Positions 1 through 15,330 are shown, counted from the stretch's first letter. The stretch: DNA of 64,000 bases from Chrysomallon squamiferum (GCA_012295275.1 CM022670.1:24862001-24926000), one strand, 5' to 3'. Program-made: numbers and translations. Notes: generated from the letters alone by a model not told the origin.

Positions 1-1468
1 TTTCATGACTTTGACGTATTATTCATTTTGGTGTAAATTTGACAGGTTAAAAAGAAATTAATTGATTATAAACTGTACTGAAATTTAATGGGTCACACAG
101 TGTTCAATATCTATCAATAAAAATTTGAAAAAATAAAAAACATTTGATATATTTTCAGTTTTGTCAAATTTATATTTTTTGGTTATCTAACTTTCAGTAA
201 TTACTTGGTTTGATCATGGATAACTATGATACATACAATAAAAACACATTTTTGCAACACCCCAATCATATTGTTTGCTTTGCTTTCTACATTCAGTGGA
301 ACAAAATTTACTGAAAAAGCACTCCTGTTTGAATTCATATATCATTTGCCATTTTGATCTTTGCTGACATACCTCAAACCAATGGAAAGCTCTACCATTG
401 CACTGCATGATGGTATAGCAAATGTTTTGAAATATTGGCAGTTTCCATGAATTATTGGCTAGAAAAGGGGGCCAAGCTGTCTGAAAACTATGTCAGCTGA
501 GACAGTGTTGAATAAATGCTAATGATTGCTAAAATACGTCACATGATTGTAAACCTGTGATTCTTTGTTTATTTCTCACCATTGTTTATGAAATTTTATC
601 TGCTGTTTCATGGCTATTTCACACAAACTGATACAATTATATTAGATTGTAAGTGAAAATGTGAAGTTATTTTCAGGAAAGGTCTGAGACATAGAAAAGA
701 TCAGCTTCAGTGTGCTTGGGAGGCTCTGAGAAAAATAAAATTGGACAGTAATATTGTATAACTTCAGTTTTCTCAACTGAATGCTTTTTGCATAGATCTC
801 AGCAAATGTCCAACAAAATCTTTTGAAATTTTCATTACTGATAAAAAAGGGAGCAGAAAAAATGTTTATGATACAAAATTGTTTGTTTGTCATTTATGAC
901 TTTTTAAGAATGACATTTAAAAACTATTACACACAATCAAAAAAACCCAAAACAACAAAAGTTCTGTTAAACATGCACATATATCTCAAAACTGTTTACT
1001 TGCAAAATCTGAGTTATGGAGATCTAGATTTTGACCTGAAACCAGTGAAATCAAACCTATGGCCCCTTGCAAGTTTTTGACCAAAACAAAAATTAAAAAT
1101 TAAAGAGTTTTTTTTTATTTTTTATCTCTTTTCTAATATATAACTGACATTGTATCAAAAGTTCATGCAAAATCTGATAATAAGTATAAAAAATAAAAAA
1201 ATAAATAAAAAATTAAATAAAATGATTTCACCACCAAGTGTCCTTTTAAATTAAAAAATGAAAGGTGTATGCAAATACCTTTAGTTATAACTTTTGTTGA
1301 CAAATTTTATAATTTAAGCTAATGACTCATGTCTTGTGTCAACTAACACATATTTTACAGTCATAAAAGTTTATATTCAGAGTTCAGTATAACAAATACT
1401 TAACCACTTTCTAGCATTATATTATCTTTTTTTGAAAATTCTTTAAAGAATTGTATTCATTCTTTCAG

Positions 1469-1501
1469 ATGTGTTTTGAAAATGGATCATCACTGTCCAT
1501 G
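1469..1501 (+). CDS. ZDHHC exon with the catalytic DHHC motif (33 nt)
   Basis: ttcag|ATGTGTTTTGAAAATGGATCATCACTGTCCATG|gtatg encodes [11 protein letters not shown]. Confidence 0.92.
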
Positions 1502-2182
1502 GTATGTTTTTATTAATTATTATTATATTTTTATTCACAATTTTTTTCTACTTTCTTTTTTTCTTTTTTATTTATTTTTCTTTTTTTCAAGTATTTTAAC
1601 TTTTATGCCAGTATATATTATTTAGCTTTTTAACATTATTATCATAATAATAATAATAATAATAATTAAAACAAATTATGTACTTTATTACATGATTTAA
1701 ATATCTAACATAATTCAGGTGTTTTGGTGGGGGTTTTTTTTTCCCATACTATTATTAATAAAAGATTTGATTGAACTAAGCTAAAATATTCAGATTATGT
1801 TTTCAAGACAGAGCATGCCTTTTGACTGATTCTGATTTGATGACATCTGTTTTGTTTCAGGGTCAACAACTGTGTGGGATTTACCAACTACAAGTTCTTT
1901 ATTCTTTTCTTGGGTTATGGTCTCTTCTATTGTCTATTTGTAGCAGCTTCCAGTTTAAAATACTTTATAGAATTTTGGAAGGTAGGTTTTGTCTTTATTA
2001 TTATTATTATTATTTATCTTAATTAATTATTACATTTCTACTTTTTTATCACCATCAGTGAACTTTTTTTGTATTTTGTATTTTTTTATTTATTGATTTT
2101 CAGATTGTTTTTTTTTTTTTTTTTTATATTATATATATATATATATTTTTATTATATACTAATACTTTTCTGTATGGGTTAC

Positions 2183-2220
<38 letters not shown>

Positions 2221-5200
2221 AGCATATAAGAAACAACAAAATGAACATACTTTCATTTTTAATTTTAAAAAATTAAATTTTAAGCTTTTGTTATTTGTTT
2301 TAATTCAAAGTTATATTTTTATTTCAGGGTGGAATAGGCACTGCTGGTGCTAATCGCTTTCATATTTTGTTTCTGTTTTTTGTTTCTATAATGTTTGGTA
2401 TCAGTTTAATATCTTTATTTGGATACCATTTATACTTGACTTGCAACAACAGATCTACTTTAGGTGAGTAACATATACATCATAGCTCTTCAGTTGCTTT
2501 AAACCATCAACTAAAATTAAATTGTAGTGTATTGTAACTGGGTCAAATTATTAATGATTCATTTCATTCAATAAAAATGACAGTTTTATTTTAGGTCATT
2601 AAATGATGGTTTAATCAACCTTTTCATAGAATTGTTATCTTTAATCTGCAATATTAAAGAAATGATGTCTTAGTTTAAATATATTGCATATTATACCAAG
2701 TGGTAGTTACTAAAAATGTCTTTCTCTTACATTTAATTTAATATATTTTTTATATATTTGTTAATTTATTCATTCATGCATCATCCATTCATTCATTCAT
2801 TCATTCATTCATTCATTCATTTATTCATTTATTTATTTATATTTCGTATCCAGAGGCATTCCGAGCACCTATATTTCAAAGTGGTCCAGATAAAGATGGT
2901 TTTAGTCTGGGCCGAAGAGGTAATTTCCAGGAAGTATTTGGAGATAGAATGACACATTGGTTTCTACCAGTATTTTCTAGGTAATAATGCTAGCATTAAC
3001 TTTTTTCTTTCATTTCTTGATATCTTTGGATCTAATCTTTTATTACTGGTTGATGAATAAAATAAAATAATTAAAAGAATTTAATGGTGGTTAATGTAAA
3101 CAATTTTGGACAAGGATTGCTAATCAGATTATATGTTACAAATTTTATATCCATATTCATTTTCTAAGTGAAGTTTATTTATTAAAATTATGATTCACAT
3201 TAATGGTCATGAATATTAAATAACATTTTTATTTTAATTGAAAAATCATTGTTATATTTGAACTTTGCATTGAAAAATAGAAATGAAATGCATCATAACA
3301 TAATAGAAATTAAATAGTTGTAGGGTGAGAATAAACTGATTGACTATAGTGTTTATTGTCTAGGAAACTGGATTTAAGAAGAATATATTGTTATTAAAGT
3401 AATGTCTTTTTCTCTCTCTTTATTTCATTTGTTTGTGTTTTTTCTTTGGTCTAAAACGGTTCTTTCAAAGTTAATTTTGGGGTGTTAAAAAATACATTTT
3501 TGATCAATTTTGAAGAGGGGATGGCCTAAGAAAGATCATTATTTAAATTATAATAAAAAGAAAGAAAACTGCACACTGATTTGAAAAATTTAGTATAACT
3601 CTTAATGAATACTGGAGATTAAATAGTGGTTTTATGTCTGTTTTTACCGTTTTATTTTAAATGACTACAAGTTAAATTATTAATATATTCAAAAATATTG
3701 ATATACTTTCATTCATTGTTAAAAAGTATAAGTTTATAACATTTCTTTTATTTGAGAGTTAAGGATTTTTAATGATTAACATCATAGTTTCACAGGTGAA
3801 GTTTGTGTATAAGTGATACTACATGTTTGTAACTCATGTTTGCTGTTATAGCCTAGGTGATGGGGTGTCCTTCCCGTCTCGTCTTCCGACCACTATGAGT
3901 TATCAGACTATGGGCAACACCCCCAGGTTAGCGTTTTTCATATGCTGTAAAACCCTTTGTTTGCATCTTTTTTCTTTTCTTTCTCATTTCTTTTTTTTTT
4001 TTAAATTAGAAAAGAAAAAAGTAAAAAGAAAGTACTTTTTTTTTCATTTTTTTTTCTGCTGAAATAACATGGGCACAGTGTAAGTTGTTAACAGAGTGGT
4101 GTTTGTGTGATTAATAGTGTATAACTTAATACATGTGACTAAAGATCTCAGCAAGCCCTTTATACCAAGATAAACAAATGTAAATAATAACATACCTGTT
4201 AATTCATTTACACTTTTACTTTATATATACTAAAAAAAATAGCTTAAAAATGGTAAACGAAAAGTGAAACCGATTATAAAAATGTTACAGACTTTAAAAA
4301 CCCTATTCTTATGAAATTAATTAAATGTAATTGTCATCATTTATTATTATTTTCATTCACCATCACAACCAGTTTGGCATCTAACAATCACAGCTTAATT
4401 TTGTTGATAAAACACTTGGTGTTTCCACATTTTATATACTTCCTTACAGCTGCCTGTTAAATAATGAAAGACATTAATATTTTGTTTACGTTTCTGTTTT
4501 ATATTAAGAACAGAAACAATTTCTTTTGGCTTAGACACATTATACATTTTGAAGTTTAGTTTTTATAGAAGCTTTGTATCAGTTAACTTTATTTTTGTAA
4601 CAGCATTTTTAAAGAGGAGTGTGGGTTTTAATTTTTTTGTGCTATAATTACTAAATATATCTTCTGAGATATTGAATGTAATCTGCAGCTAAAGTAATAT
4701 GCATCCTGTTTAAATCTAATTCATGCAGGTAAAACAAACAAAAGCTTAGCAGAAGGCAGCAGGGCTGTTCTATGCGTGCAGTATGTGTGTGTGACTTCAT
4801 CTTTTGAAATAATTTAAAAATTTAAGATACTTTAAAATAGTTTTGTTTTCTTATAAAATTAGTCTAATCCATTTTAAAATGTACATTTTGACAGTGAATT
4901 AACCAAGATATAAATAAATACCTAGAAAATGGGCTATTTTGACTGAATCTTTTAGATTGTTTTAAAAAAGAGAGAGCATCAGAGTGAGAAATTAATTACC
5001 AGATTAAATTAAAAAATAATAATAACAAAGAACATTTTACATGTACACACACACACACACTATTTAAGTACAGCTAGCTCAGTTGGTCTTGTCCAGTATT
5101 TTGCAAGTTATGGTTTTGGGATAACTAATAACATTATTTGTTGACAGTAATTATTTATTAGTACTTCGAATACATTAGTACATGACAGCAATATATTGCA

Positions 5201-5385
5201 TTATTGCCAAGTTATAAGTTCTCCTTGCCAGTATGTATATGGACAATATGATTTTTTTTTTTTTTTCTTACATTTTTAATTACTGGGGTTATTATATAGA
5301 ACACATATTTTGCATATCCAGGTTCTTTTGTCATTGGAATTTTATTAAATTTTTAACCATAATTTATTTATTTATTTATTTATTT

Positions 5386-5439
<54 letters not shown>

Positions 5440-8400
5440 CAACAACAACAATAATATTTAAAAATAAATAAATAAAATTAGTATAAATTTTATTGGTTAA
5501 CCTGTTTCAAATGTAGCTAATTTTCATTCAAATGATATTTATTGATACTGAATAATTGATTATAAAGTCTATTGAAAATAAATTTCTCATTGTATTCTGG
5601 CAGGCAGTCAAACAAAACACGTCTAGAACAGATCAGAGTTAAATAAAATTACTGTATAATAATAGAGAAAGGTAATTGAGTATTTTAACTGTTTGTTTGT
5701 ACATATTATATTTTTGTAAATTATTTTTAAAATTATGATTATTAATCCATTTTTACCATTTTATTATTATTAAATAATGTTTTTTTTTTTTATTATTTTA
5801 TTTGTTTATTATTAAATATTATTTTAATGTTTATTACATATTCATTTTTTGGGGTTCGTTGTTTTACATGACTAATTAGTTTTGATTGTAGCTATTAGTT
5901 TACCTACATGATGATTCATTGGGTAAATTTTGTACAGGAAAATAAAATGAAATATATATATCTTTATTTATTTTTTTTTTTTTTTTTTTTTATTAATTTG
6001 TAAAAACAAAAAAAAAAAAAAAAAAAAAAAGAAAAGAAAAAGAAAAGAAAATGAACTAAGTGTAGAATTTTCTGAAAAACAGAGTAGTTTTTTTGTTTAA
6101 AGTTTTGATCCCCCACCAAAAAAAAAAAAAAAAATTGAGCAAATGATTCAAAATGTTGATATTTAAATTCATTTGTTTTTGAAATGTTTCTTATTTTATT
6201 TTCATTTGTTTTTGTTTCGGCATTGAATTATAACATCAGCATGTTCATTTATGTCTTTATTAAAAATATTTAACATACTAAGAATGATTTATATTGCTTT
6301 TTTCATCTGTTATTTTGTTGAGAATTAATATTCTTATACTTGTGCTTGATATATAAAATAAGTATATTAATTAATTATATAATTACAGAAAATATATTTA
6401 TATAACACAGATCTGTTAATGAGAGAAAGAAAAAGAACAAAAATGCAGAAGGATTATAAAGCCTTGAATTGTGTTAAGCATTTTGTATAAACTACTCCTA
6501 CCATTGACTATATACTGAAAGATTATTGTGCCTTTTTTTTTTTTTTTTTTTAACTGGAAGGACACCTCATTACAAGTTTTATTTTGTTTAATGTTGTTAA
6601 TAATATGGTTCATAGAATACTGAAGGTTTTATGTATTTTTGAAAGTATTGAATGTAATATTATTTGTATTTCTTTTTATTTATTTAGTTCTTTTTTATTT
6701 TTATTTTTTTTTTTTTTTTTGGTTTGCATAGTAAAATAGACATGCAGAAGCAGTGAAACGACAACAAATTGAAATGTTTTTTTATGTACTTGTTAATAAT
6801 TCTTGAGCTATTATTTAAATGTTTTTGGTTAACAGTTTAGGTGATGGTTTGAACTTCCCAACTAGAACAGTGGATCTGGACTCTGATGATCTTCTGGGGC
6901 AGAGACAGAGGTGGATGGAAGAAGGGGACGATGACATGACAGGTAAGATTCTTACTGTTTATATCACCTGCTCAGCCGTTTGTCACATTCCCTGAGACAA
7001 TAAATGTATCTGTATGTTTTAAGACTAAGATAACCTTTCATGTGGTTTTGTTTTACCAGCCGTTTTTCATCTTGCATGTAATTGTGAGATCTGTGTGGTA
7101 ACTGATGTCAGTTTAAATATTGCATTAAATCTGATCCAGTTAAATAATTACATTAATTTAAATCGGTTTAAATATGTTAAGTCTTAGATTATAATGCTAA
7201 TTTAAACAGTTTTACATAATGGGTTTAAATGTGTTAATTTAACTCTTTAGTGCTAATTTAAATCAGTTTTGCCAGAAAATATATTTTGTGTTTTTAACAC
7301 AGAGATTAGTAAGAAAGACTAGTATTTCAGAAATACTAGTTAAAGCATACTCTACTGGTATGAAAAAATAGTCTAAATATGTTCTGAAAACTGACACATT
7401 GTTTTATTTGTCCTTTGCTATCCAACCTTGATTAATAATGCAGTGTGACTACAGATGAGAACAGTTCAAAAATACCTGAGCAACGTCATGTTTCTCTAGT
7501 CATGACATCATGAAATGACCTGTTTGCTCAGGTTTCTTATAGTTTTGTCAGAAAGAAGTAACCTGTTAGACCTCCACTTACACAATGATACCATGGCTCT
7601 AGTGGATAAAATGGCAGCATTCATTTTTGTTTCATTTTTTTTTCAGTACTGTTATTTTACTATCATGCTTTCTTATTATATTAGTGATGATAGGCTATCC
7701 TAAACAATAAACTAATAACACAAGAAGTAAAAATAATTTTATTAGGCCATTTATTTGTGCCACTAATATTACACTTTTAATTCTGTCTAGAGAAATAAAC
7801 TGTTTAGTTTGATTGTACCTCTATTCTGTGGATTGAAGTAATGAAGTAAATAATAAGTATTCATAAGATAACCAACCTATGATGTTGTAAATTTCTATCA
7901 TTGGTTACATATTGTATGATATTGCTTGTGTTGAGCAATAAAAAATAATAATTATGTCACTGTCAACAATTTAATATATTTTAATAATTAGCCAGGACTT
8001 AATATGTGTAAATTTCTGAATATTTGTATAATATGTCTAGTGTTTTATGTTAATATATTATTTACTTGGTCTGTGATTATGAATGTTGTCCCTGTATTTA
8101 TGAAATGGTCTATGCTTGTTTCAGGCAATATTGTGGGCTCACAGAATCGGCTTATTAAAAACTGACGTTGCTCGTATGTTCTCATTCATATATATATATA
8201 TATTGTTGTTGTTGTTGTGTTGCTCCCAGCATGCTGTTTTGTTTGCCTGGCTTTCATTTGAAATTCTTACATTAGAAAAGTTTATTTAAAAATAAATAAA
8301 TAAATAATAATGATAATGATGATAATAGTAATAATAATAATATTAATCAGATGTTTGCTCTCTTTTCAACTTCATATTTTATTTCATAAAAAATTACTAT

Positions 8401-9845
8401 AAAAAAAAAAATAATTTTTTTATTTTTATTTATAACATAGTTTCCAAAATATATATCTTCAGTTTTTATTAATATATAAACTGGAATGTGGAAAATGTAA
8501 TTTCATTTTCTTAAATTAATACATTATTTTCTTAAAAGTATTTCTATGCAGCTGCTTTTTCCACAAAGTATCCTCCATTTTTCTCCATATTAATAACATA
8601 TGATACATAATCATTTTATTAATTACTCTTCATCAATTATAAATACTATTGTTAGGTAAAGCTGATAGGTGTGCTTGTTAAAATACATTTTCACTAAGAG
8701 TACCCAATATAAAATAAATTTGCATTGCATTATTTAGCAGACATCGATTACCTGCCTGGTTAATTTTAATGAGGGAATAAAACTTCATGAATTCAGTGCT
8801 TATCCAGTGATATTTCGGCCAATAAAAAATATGCATATGAATTAGATTTAAGGATGCTCAGGTGTGAATGTTTATAATTTCAAATTTTAACAAGGTTTCA
8901 CTTACAAGACTGAACTAAAATGTTTTAACTTCAGAACACTAACTGCTTTTATCTTTTTTCTTTTTTTGTTTCTTCTTATGAACATTTTCTTCCTTTTATT
9001 TTGAAGATGAAATTTAAAATAATTTCTTTAGAAGAAATTGCATTAACTTCTTTCTTTTACATAAATATATAATTATTATATTATGGGCATATATATTTCC
9101 CAAGCCAACTTATTTGCTTTTATAAAACAGTTACAATTATTTTAAAAGCTCTTAGTAAATATTAGTTTACAGATGTTACAAAATCAAAGAAAATGCTTCA
9201 GTAGAGTTAATGTTGTGCTTTACAGTGGTCTGGATTTGTTTTGTAAAGTAAAACTAAGATGATGAAAATATAAAATAGTTCTAACTGAATTTTCTTAGTT
9301 AATTAGAAAGTAAATGAATGAATTAGTTAAATTATATATTGGTTCTTTTTTCTTTCCTTCATTTTGTTTTTTAACTTTTAATTTTTTGTTATTATTTTTT
9401 TATTTTTAAAATATATTGTATTATTATTGTTGTGGATTTTAGATTTATAGGAAAAATAAAATAATGCATGATAAAGTAATATATATTTACAGTTGTAAAA
9501 ACCAGATGTACAATGAGTATGCAATGATCACAGATGTTACCATTTTAAATTATATCATTATATAATCATTAGCCAATAAAAATTAAAACAAAAGAAAAAC
9601 AAATAGTATAATTTGTTTCATATTGTTTGTTGTCACTGGGATTAATAAAATGAACTGTAAATTATAAAATAAGAAATAGTAATGGGAAAATGTAGATAAT
9701 TAAAATAACTCTTTTACAGGTAATAATTCTGTATTTATTATAAAATGAAAGTAAAAATTAGATTCCCTTTGACAAACCTCTTCTATCATTTATTTGTTTA
9801 ATTTCAGGTGCTGGTCATGAGAACAAGGGTTTGAGGTATGCTTAG
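1469..9845 (+). CDS. ZDHHC2/15/20: DHHC palmitoyltransferase, ZDHHC2/15/20 subfamily, 5'-truncated (upstream exons lie outside the window). Exons 1469-1501, 1861-1981, 2328-2463, 2854-2980, 3852-3926, 6836-6942, then candidate terminal exon 9808-9845
   Basis: Spliced translation [11 protein letters not shown]|[24 protein letters not shown]...|[33 protein letters not shown]|[25 protein letters not shown]...WFLPVFS|SLGDG..FP. Contains the DHHC motif, STLE (TTxE-like) and a PaCCT-like motif. All junctions are GT-AG and frame-compatible. The 3' terminal exon is less certain. Confidence 0.9.
3852..3926 (+). CDS. ZDHHC symmetric (phase 2-2) 75-nt exon [25 protein letters not shown]
   Basis: atag|CCTAGGTGATGGG...CCCCAG|gttag; GC-richer than its flanks; motif matches the ZDHHC2/20 C-terminal GDGxxFP. 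Confidence 0.7.
6836..6942 (+). CDS. ZDHHC exon [36 protein letters not shown]
   Basis: aacag|TTTAGGTGATGGTTTG...ACAG|gtaag; open frame with the GDGxxFPTR motif. Confidence 0.8.
8125..8173 (+). CDS. Candidate ZDHHC alternative stop-containing exon ([13 protein letters not shown]; stop 8163-8165)
   Basis: ttgtttcag acceptor, phase-1 compatible; gtatgt donor 8 nt after the stop. Confidence 0.4.
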
Positions 9846-12800
9846 AGGCATGTTACTTAAAATATGATTATTTGAATGAAGCAGACCCAAAGACACTATG
9901 GTCAGCTGTTAGGTGATGCTGTATTGCTGGAATTTACCAAGCTACTGTGAAAAACAAATTCTCATCTTCACACCAATCTACTGCTCTTTACATTTTTATT
10001 TTCCAGCTGTAAACTGTACAATTTTACTTAAATTAAACATCCATTATTTGTTTCCTTTAAACTTGTTAATGTACAACATGGAAAAGAAAAGTTTTAAATA
10101 AGCCACATTTAGCCAATGGACGTTAAATTCTCTGATGTATGAATTGGAGCATCAGTGAATCATACAAACTTCTAATGAGTAAAATTATGATTAGTATATT
10201 TTAAATTAATAAGCACATTCATTATTTTGTTTTCATTGAAACTGTGTTTTTCTGAATGGAAGACAAATTATGCTGAATTTAGCCACTGGATGTCACATTG
10301 GTTAAACTCGGAACTACAGCACTTGCTGAATCTGGAAAATAATGTTTATAAATATTAAATCTTTGTACTGTGTCAGCAATTAGAACATTGCAGACTTTTA
10401 TCAGATTCTAGTTTTAATTGTGAATGGACCTAATAATCTGTCAGATCTAGAAGACAGTGCCCAGCAGAATGATGTGTTTGATATAAACAGTTCAGTATCC
10501 ATATATATATATATAAGATTTTTCATTGATTTATCATTATTAAGAATGGTAAAAACCATAAAGAAATGCTTAAAATGATAACGTTTTGTTTACAAATTAA
10601 TTATATTCATTCTGATTGATGTTTTGCATTCTGTTTTGTATTTAAAATATTTAAGCTTCATACTAGTTCCTATATATACATTTTTACAGCTTAATGTACT
10701 GAGTATCATTTTATTAAAAAGAAGATAAAGGATAGCCACTGTTCTATTTAGCAAACTTTATTTTGTTCCATTTGTGTCAAATTAGTTTCATGAATTCTTC
10801 TTTTCATGCATTTAAAAATAAAAAAAATTCTTGCCTTAGATTTTCAGGTATAAAATTGTAAAACAAGATTTTTATAATTTTTGTTGTTCATTTTTTGTTG
10901 CTTTTTTTACCTGGTTACGAATGATCATTATTAGAATTTTAAAGTTTATTTATGATGTGTAGATACCATTTTTATTATGTAAAATTATAGAGTTATCAGG
11001 TTCATCTATGGAGGCAAAAATGGTGAAAGTTCCTCTTTTAACAGTTGTTCTGAAGAGCATTTGTAAAATAAAAATTAAAATGTAAATAAATTAGCAAATT
11101 AACAAACAAAAACAAAACATTTAAATTGGAACCACAGACTATAATAATTTACATACATACAAAACAGAATTAAAGTTGATATAACAATTAATAACAAACC
11201 AAAAGAAATATAGATATGTAAAGAAGGTAGGCTTTAGCAATTTATAAATTATATATTATTAAATAACAATAAAAAAAAAAATAAAACAAAAGCAATATGT
11301 ATATATAGATTAAAAGTTTAGCATATTACATTAATCATAATGATCAGATTAATTCAAGTTGTCTCTGTTTTTTTATATTTATATATTTATTTATCACTGA
11401 TGTAAATGAAAAGACCATTTGAATGATTTAGGGAGCATTTATTGCAAAACAGTGAAATTGTCAAAAATTTATTTTTTAATCAAACATAATTTCAGTTTGT
11501 ATATCATCAAAAATCAACAGATAAGCAATGTTTAATGTTTTAATTGCAGTAATCATTGTTAAAAGAAGTGATCTCTTGTATATTTTGTTCAGTTAAAACA
11601 GGTACAAATGTATACTTATAATAAAACATTGACTGCTTTATAAATATTGAGAGGAAAAAATCTTAATATTTCCATTTTTACATTACCTGTTTTCCATTTC
11701 TTTAATTTACTCATTTCAGAAATATTAAACTGAATTTTACAAGTTAAAGAATATTTCTTACAATGGAGATCAGTTTGCAAGTCTTGGGAAAGTTAATACA
11801 TTTGAAGTGTATCTGTTCTAGTACGAATGAATTTTCCAGGTTTTTATTTTATTGCTTTGGGAAAACTATTATTATTAATAACAAAGTATGATTTAAAAAA
11901 AAAAAAAAAAAAAAAAAAGTACAGTTACTTAATAATTTAAACACTGCTATTTGATCTCATTGCATCATTTGGCTGAGGAAAATCCCTATATTTTTTCTGC
12001 CTGTGGCAGAAACTTTCAGCAAAAATCAGTCCAGCCTGTATGCACTGACATCAAGACTACTGTAAAATTCCATCTGTCTGTTTAGTTATTTTACAATATT
12101 ATTAGTTAAGCTTGATGGAAAAATTGAAATAAAATATGGAGAACATATTTAGATGATTTCTTTGAACCACTGAAAGTACACATCTGTGTCCTGTTAATTT
12201 TTTGTGCCTTTAACTCTGAATAGCAGATAGTTACAGATGCTGAATTATTTAATAAATAAAATATGGATTTAGAAACAAATAAGTTTAGGTTACATTTATG
12301 TTCATAAAGCAGAGTAAACACACTGACATTTGTATGTATATATTTATGTGTGTGTTTTATATATACATGTAAACACAATATTTTTAAAGTAATGTATTTA
12401 TAAAACAATGAATCGTGCTGGATGTGTTAAAAACATATCATGTGTAGTGTTTTTGTAATATTTATTGATGTGAATTACTGTGTATTTCTGTGATATTTAT
12501 TTTATTTTTTTTTTTTTTTTTTTTTTTCAATTTATCACATCATCAATGCTGAAATGTTACCAGAATATTGGTAAATTAATTTATCTACCAGTGAATATGG
12601 AAAGGTTCATCATAATGTCAGTACAGAATCTCAGTGTTTTATGTAACATCAAGTCTTGTAAACATTCAGAATCAGTATCATGATAATGTCAGCTCAGTAT
12701 CAGTAAGATCAGTACTTATACTTTGTTAAGAAAATGTGATAAATTATGAGATTGCATTTTGTCTCATCAGTTAGACAGCCTCTCCATCTTCAAATAAATG

Positions 12801-13218
12801 TGCACAGAATCTGCAGTTTTTAAAGAAATGAAATTGTTTAATTAAAATTCACACACACCCACACAAACACAGTGAAAATAAATATCAATCATATTTCATT
12901 TTTCTTCACTGTCTTAGCTTGTCTTGTTACCTCACTGAATTGTTAATATTATTTATCTTTATTGTGTTACATCATGAAGTATTTTCAGATTTTTTGTTAT
13001 GTTTGTGTATTTAATTAATAAAAGCACACAGGTGAAGACCATTTAGTACTGTTTTATGTATTACAGTATCCATGTCAGTTTAATATATAACTCAGTAACA
13101 AAATGACAATCTTATGAGCTTTATAATATCTCGCAGTTGTGTCAAAAACAATTCTGAACAGTTCAGAGCAATATTTAAAAAAAATTAAATTAAAAATTAA
13201 AAATTATATTTTATTAAA

Positions 13219-13263
<45 letters not shown>

Positions 13264-15330
13264 GGTATTATATTATCAAAGTTTTCTTTTGAAAGTATAT
13301 TATGCTTTCAAACATAAAGAATTCCAAATTTGTTCATTAAAATTAATCTATAAATATTGAATTTTCTCTTTTAAATTTGATTTTAGTATAAAGTACATTA
13401 TGCATGTGTTCAGACTATCAGATGGAACACAAGAATAAAATGAAATTTTTGCCAAAATGGACATTATTTTTGACACTTGCGTGCACTGTGCTATCTGTTT
13501 GTATACATCTCAAATCATGAATAATTTATAAAATATTCCTCCTTGATGTATTGGTTTAATTATTTCAAATATTGTTTTATGATTTTAATTTATTTTAATG
13601 TTGTGTTCAAATATAATATTACTTGGTAATCAGCATAATAAACTTTATCTTCTTTTTTTTTTTTTTCATTTATTTACTTATTTCTTTTTCTTTTTTTCTT
13701 AATTTTATTCTATTTTATTTTATAATTATTATTATTATTATTTTTTTTTTTTTTTTTTTTTTTGGTTAATTCAAAAGAGCATCAGAGACATATATAAAAA
13801 CAACCATAAAACAGACTTAATCTAGAACTTAATTACTGAAAACGTCTTCAGCAAAGTCATTTTTTGTGTAAATAAATAACAATATTGTAAATAAATAATT
13901 CATTGTAGTTTGTGTTGTTTTTATTATTTTACAGATTATTTATTTAAATTTCAAATGCATTACATGTGAAGTGAATATTATCAAAATGCAAAAGAAGTCT
14001 ACTGTTTTTGTTGTATTGTTTTGAATTTATGTTTTGAATATGAATATAAAAAAAGTTGTATTTGTAAATGTATGTCAAAAATAAATAATGAAATAAAAAT
14101 ACTTTGTAATATTAATTAATATGTACTTAATTTGAATTTTTATATATTTTTTTTATAACATCCATTACAGTATTATGCGATTTCTTAAATTTTGTTGTGT
14201 TTATTTTATTTATTTATTTGTTTTCTTCAGTTTCCAAAACAAATATAATGCAGAAATAGTTCAGGCTTTTTCACCATTACATTGTATATCTCTCCCTCTC
14301 TGACTCTCAGTAAATTTAACTTATCACTACTAGGAAAGATGCTTTTAAAAAATTACAACAACAACACAGCAACAATAATAAATAAAAATATGAAAGGCAA
14401 TACAATGCAGTAATAACCAGATATTTATTATTTTATATTTTTATAATGAATTAAAAATGGTAATACACCGTTTTAAAATATTACAGCTAATTACTTACAG
14501 CTGTTTAGTTCTTCGAGTAATTCTTCTGAGCAGTGGCTTACGACAAAATAATTTAAAAAATATATATAAATCAGTACAATCTTCTGCATATTAAATTTTC
14601 AAGAAAACATTTTTAAAAAATAAAAATAATTGAATGAACACGACAATAATAGAATGACGTCACTGCAGTGGATTTTAACGAAATAAATAGCTGAATTAAT
14701 TTACAACTTACTATTAACTGTAAAACTAAATCATTTAAATACTTCTGTTGTGTTTCCAAATTATTGTTTTATCCCGTTTTGGCTAATAATCGGTTTGTTA
14801 CACAATAACAGAGCACCATTATTTCCTCCTTTTCCAAATTTATCCATTACGTCATCTGAAATCTTGTACACAAACCGCCTGCTAAGTTTCTTAAACAGTA
14901 GCTACGAATAGTTGCCATAGTAAATAAAATAAAATAAAATAAATAATAAATTAGTTTAAACAAACAACAAAAACAACACACACAAAAAAAAAAAAAAAAA
15001 AAAAAAAATAAAAAATGCAACGAAACAATCAAAACAAAATAAACAAAATATTTGCAAGCTTATGTTTTATTTTTCGTTTCGTATTATTCAGTATTATAAA
15101 AAGTCAAAAGAAAGAAAACGTCATTCATTTTTTTTTTTTCACCAACAGCTACCTTCCCGCGGATGATGACCTCGCGGGTCAAAGTTTTGTGTCTAATTTA
15201 TTCGTAACGTTATCGTCTTCCTACACACATTGTTGGCATTTGTTGCTGACCGTTAGTTAGCCTTATTAATCTGTGATTAGAATTTCATCAAAAGCAAATC
15301 TACTGTATGTGTGCATAAGGACTAATGATT

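Noticed and set aside
214-1250. Short ORFs and a possible non-autonomous DNA transposon end (agtgtccttttaa near 1237-1249) in the ZDHHC intron
   Set aside because: No matching inverted terminus or transposase motif is visible in the window, so it cannot be supported.
9846-14400. Short ORFs in AT-rich DNA downstream of ZDHHC
   Set aside because: Low-complexity, no motifs; most likely 3' UTR or intergenic. The polyadenylation site cannot be determined among many AATAAA.
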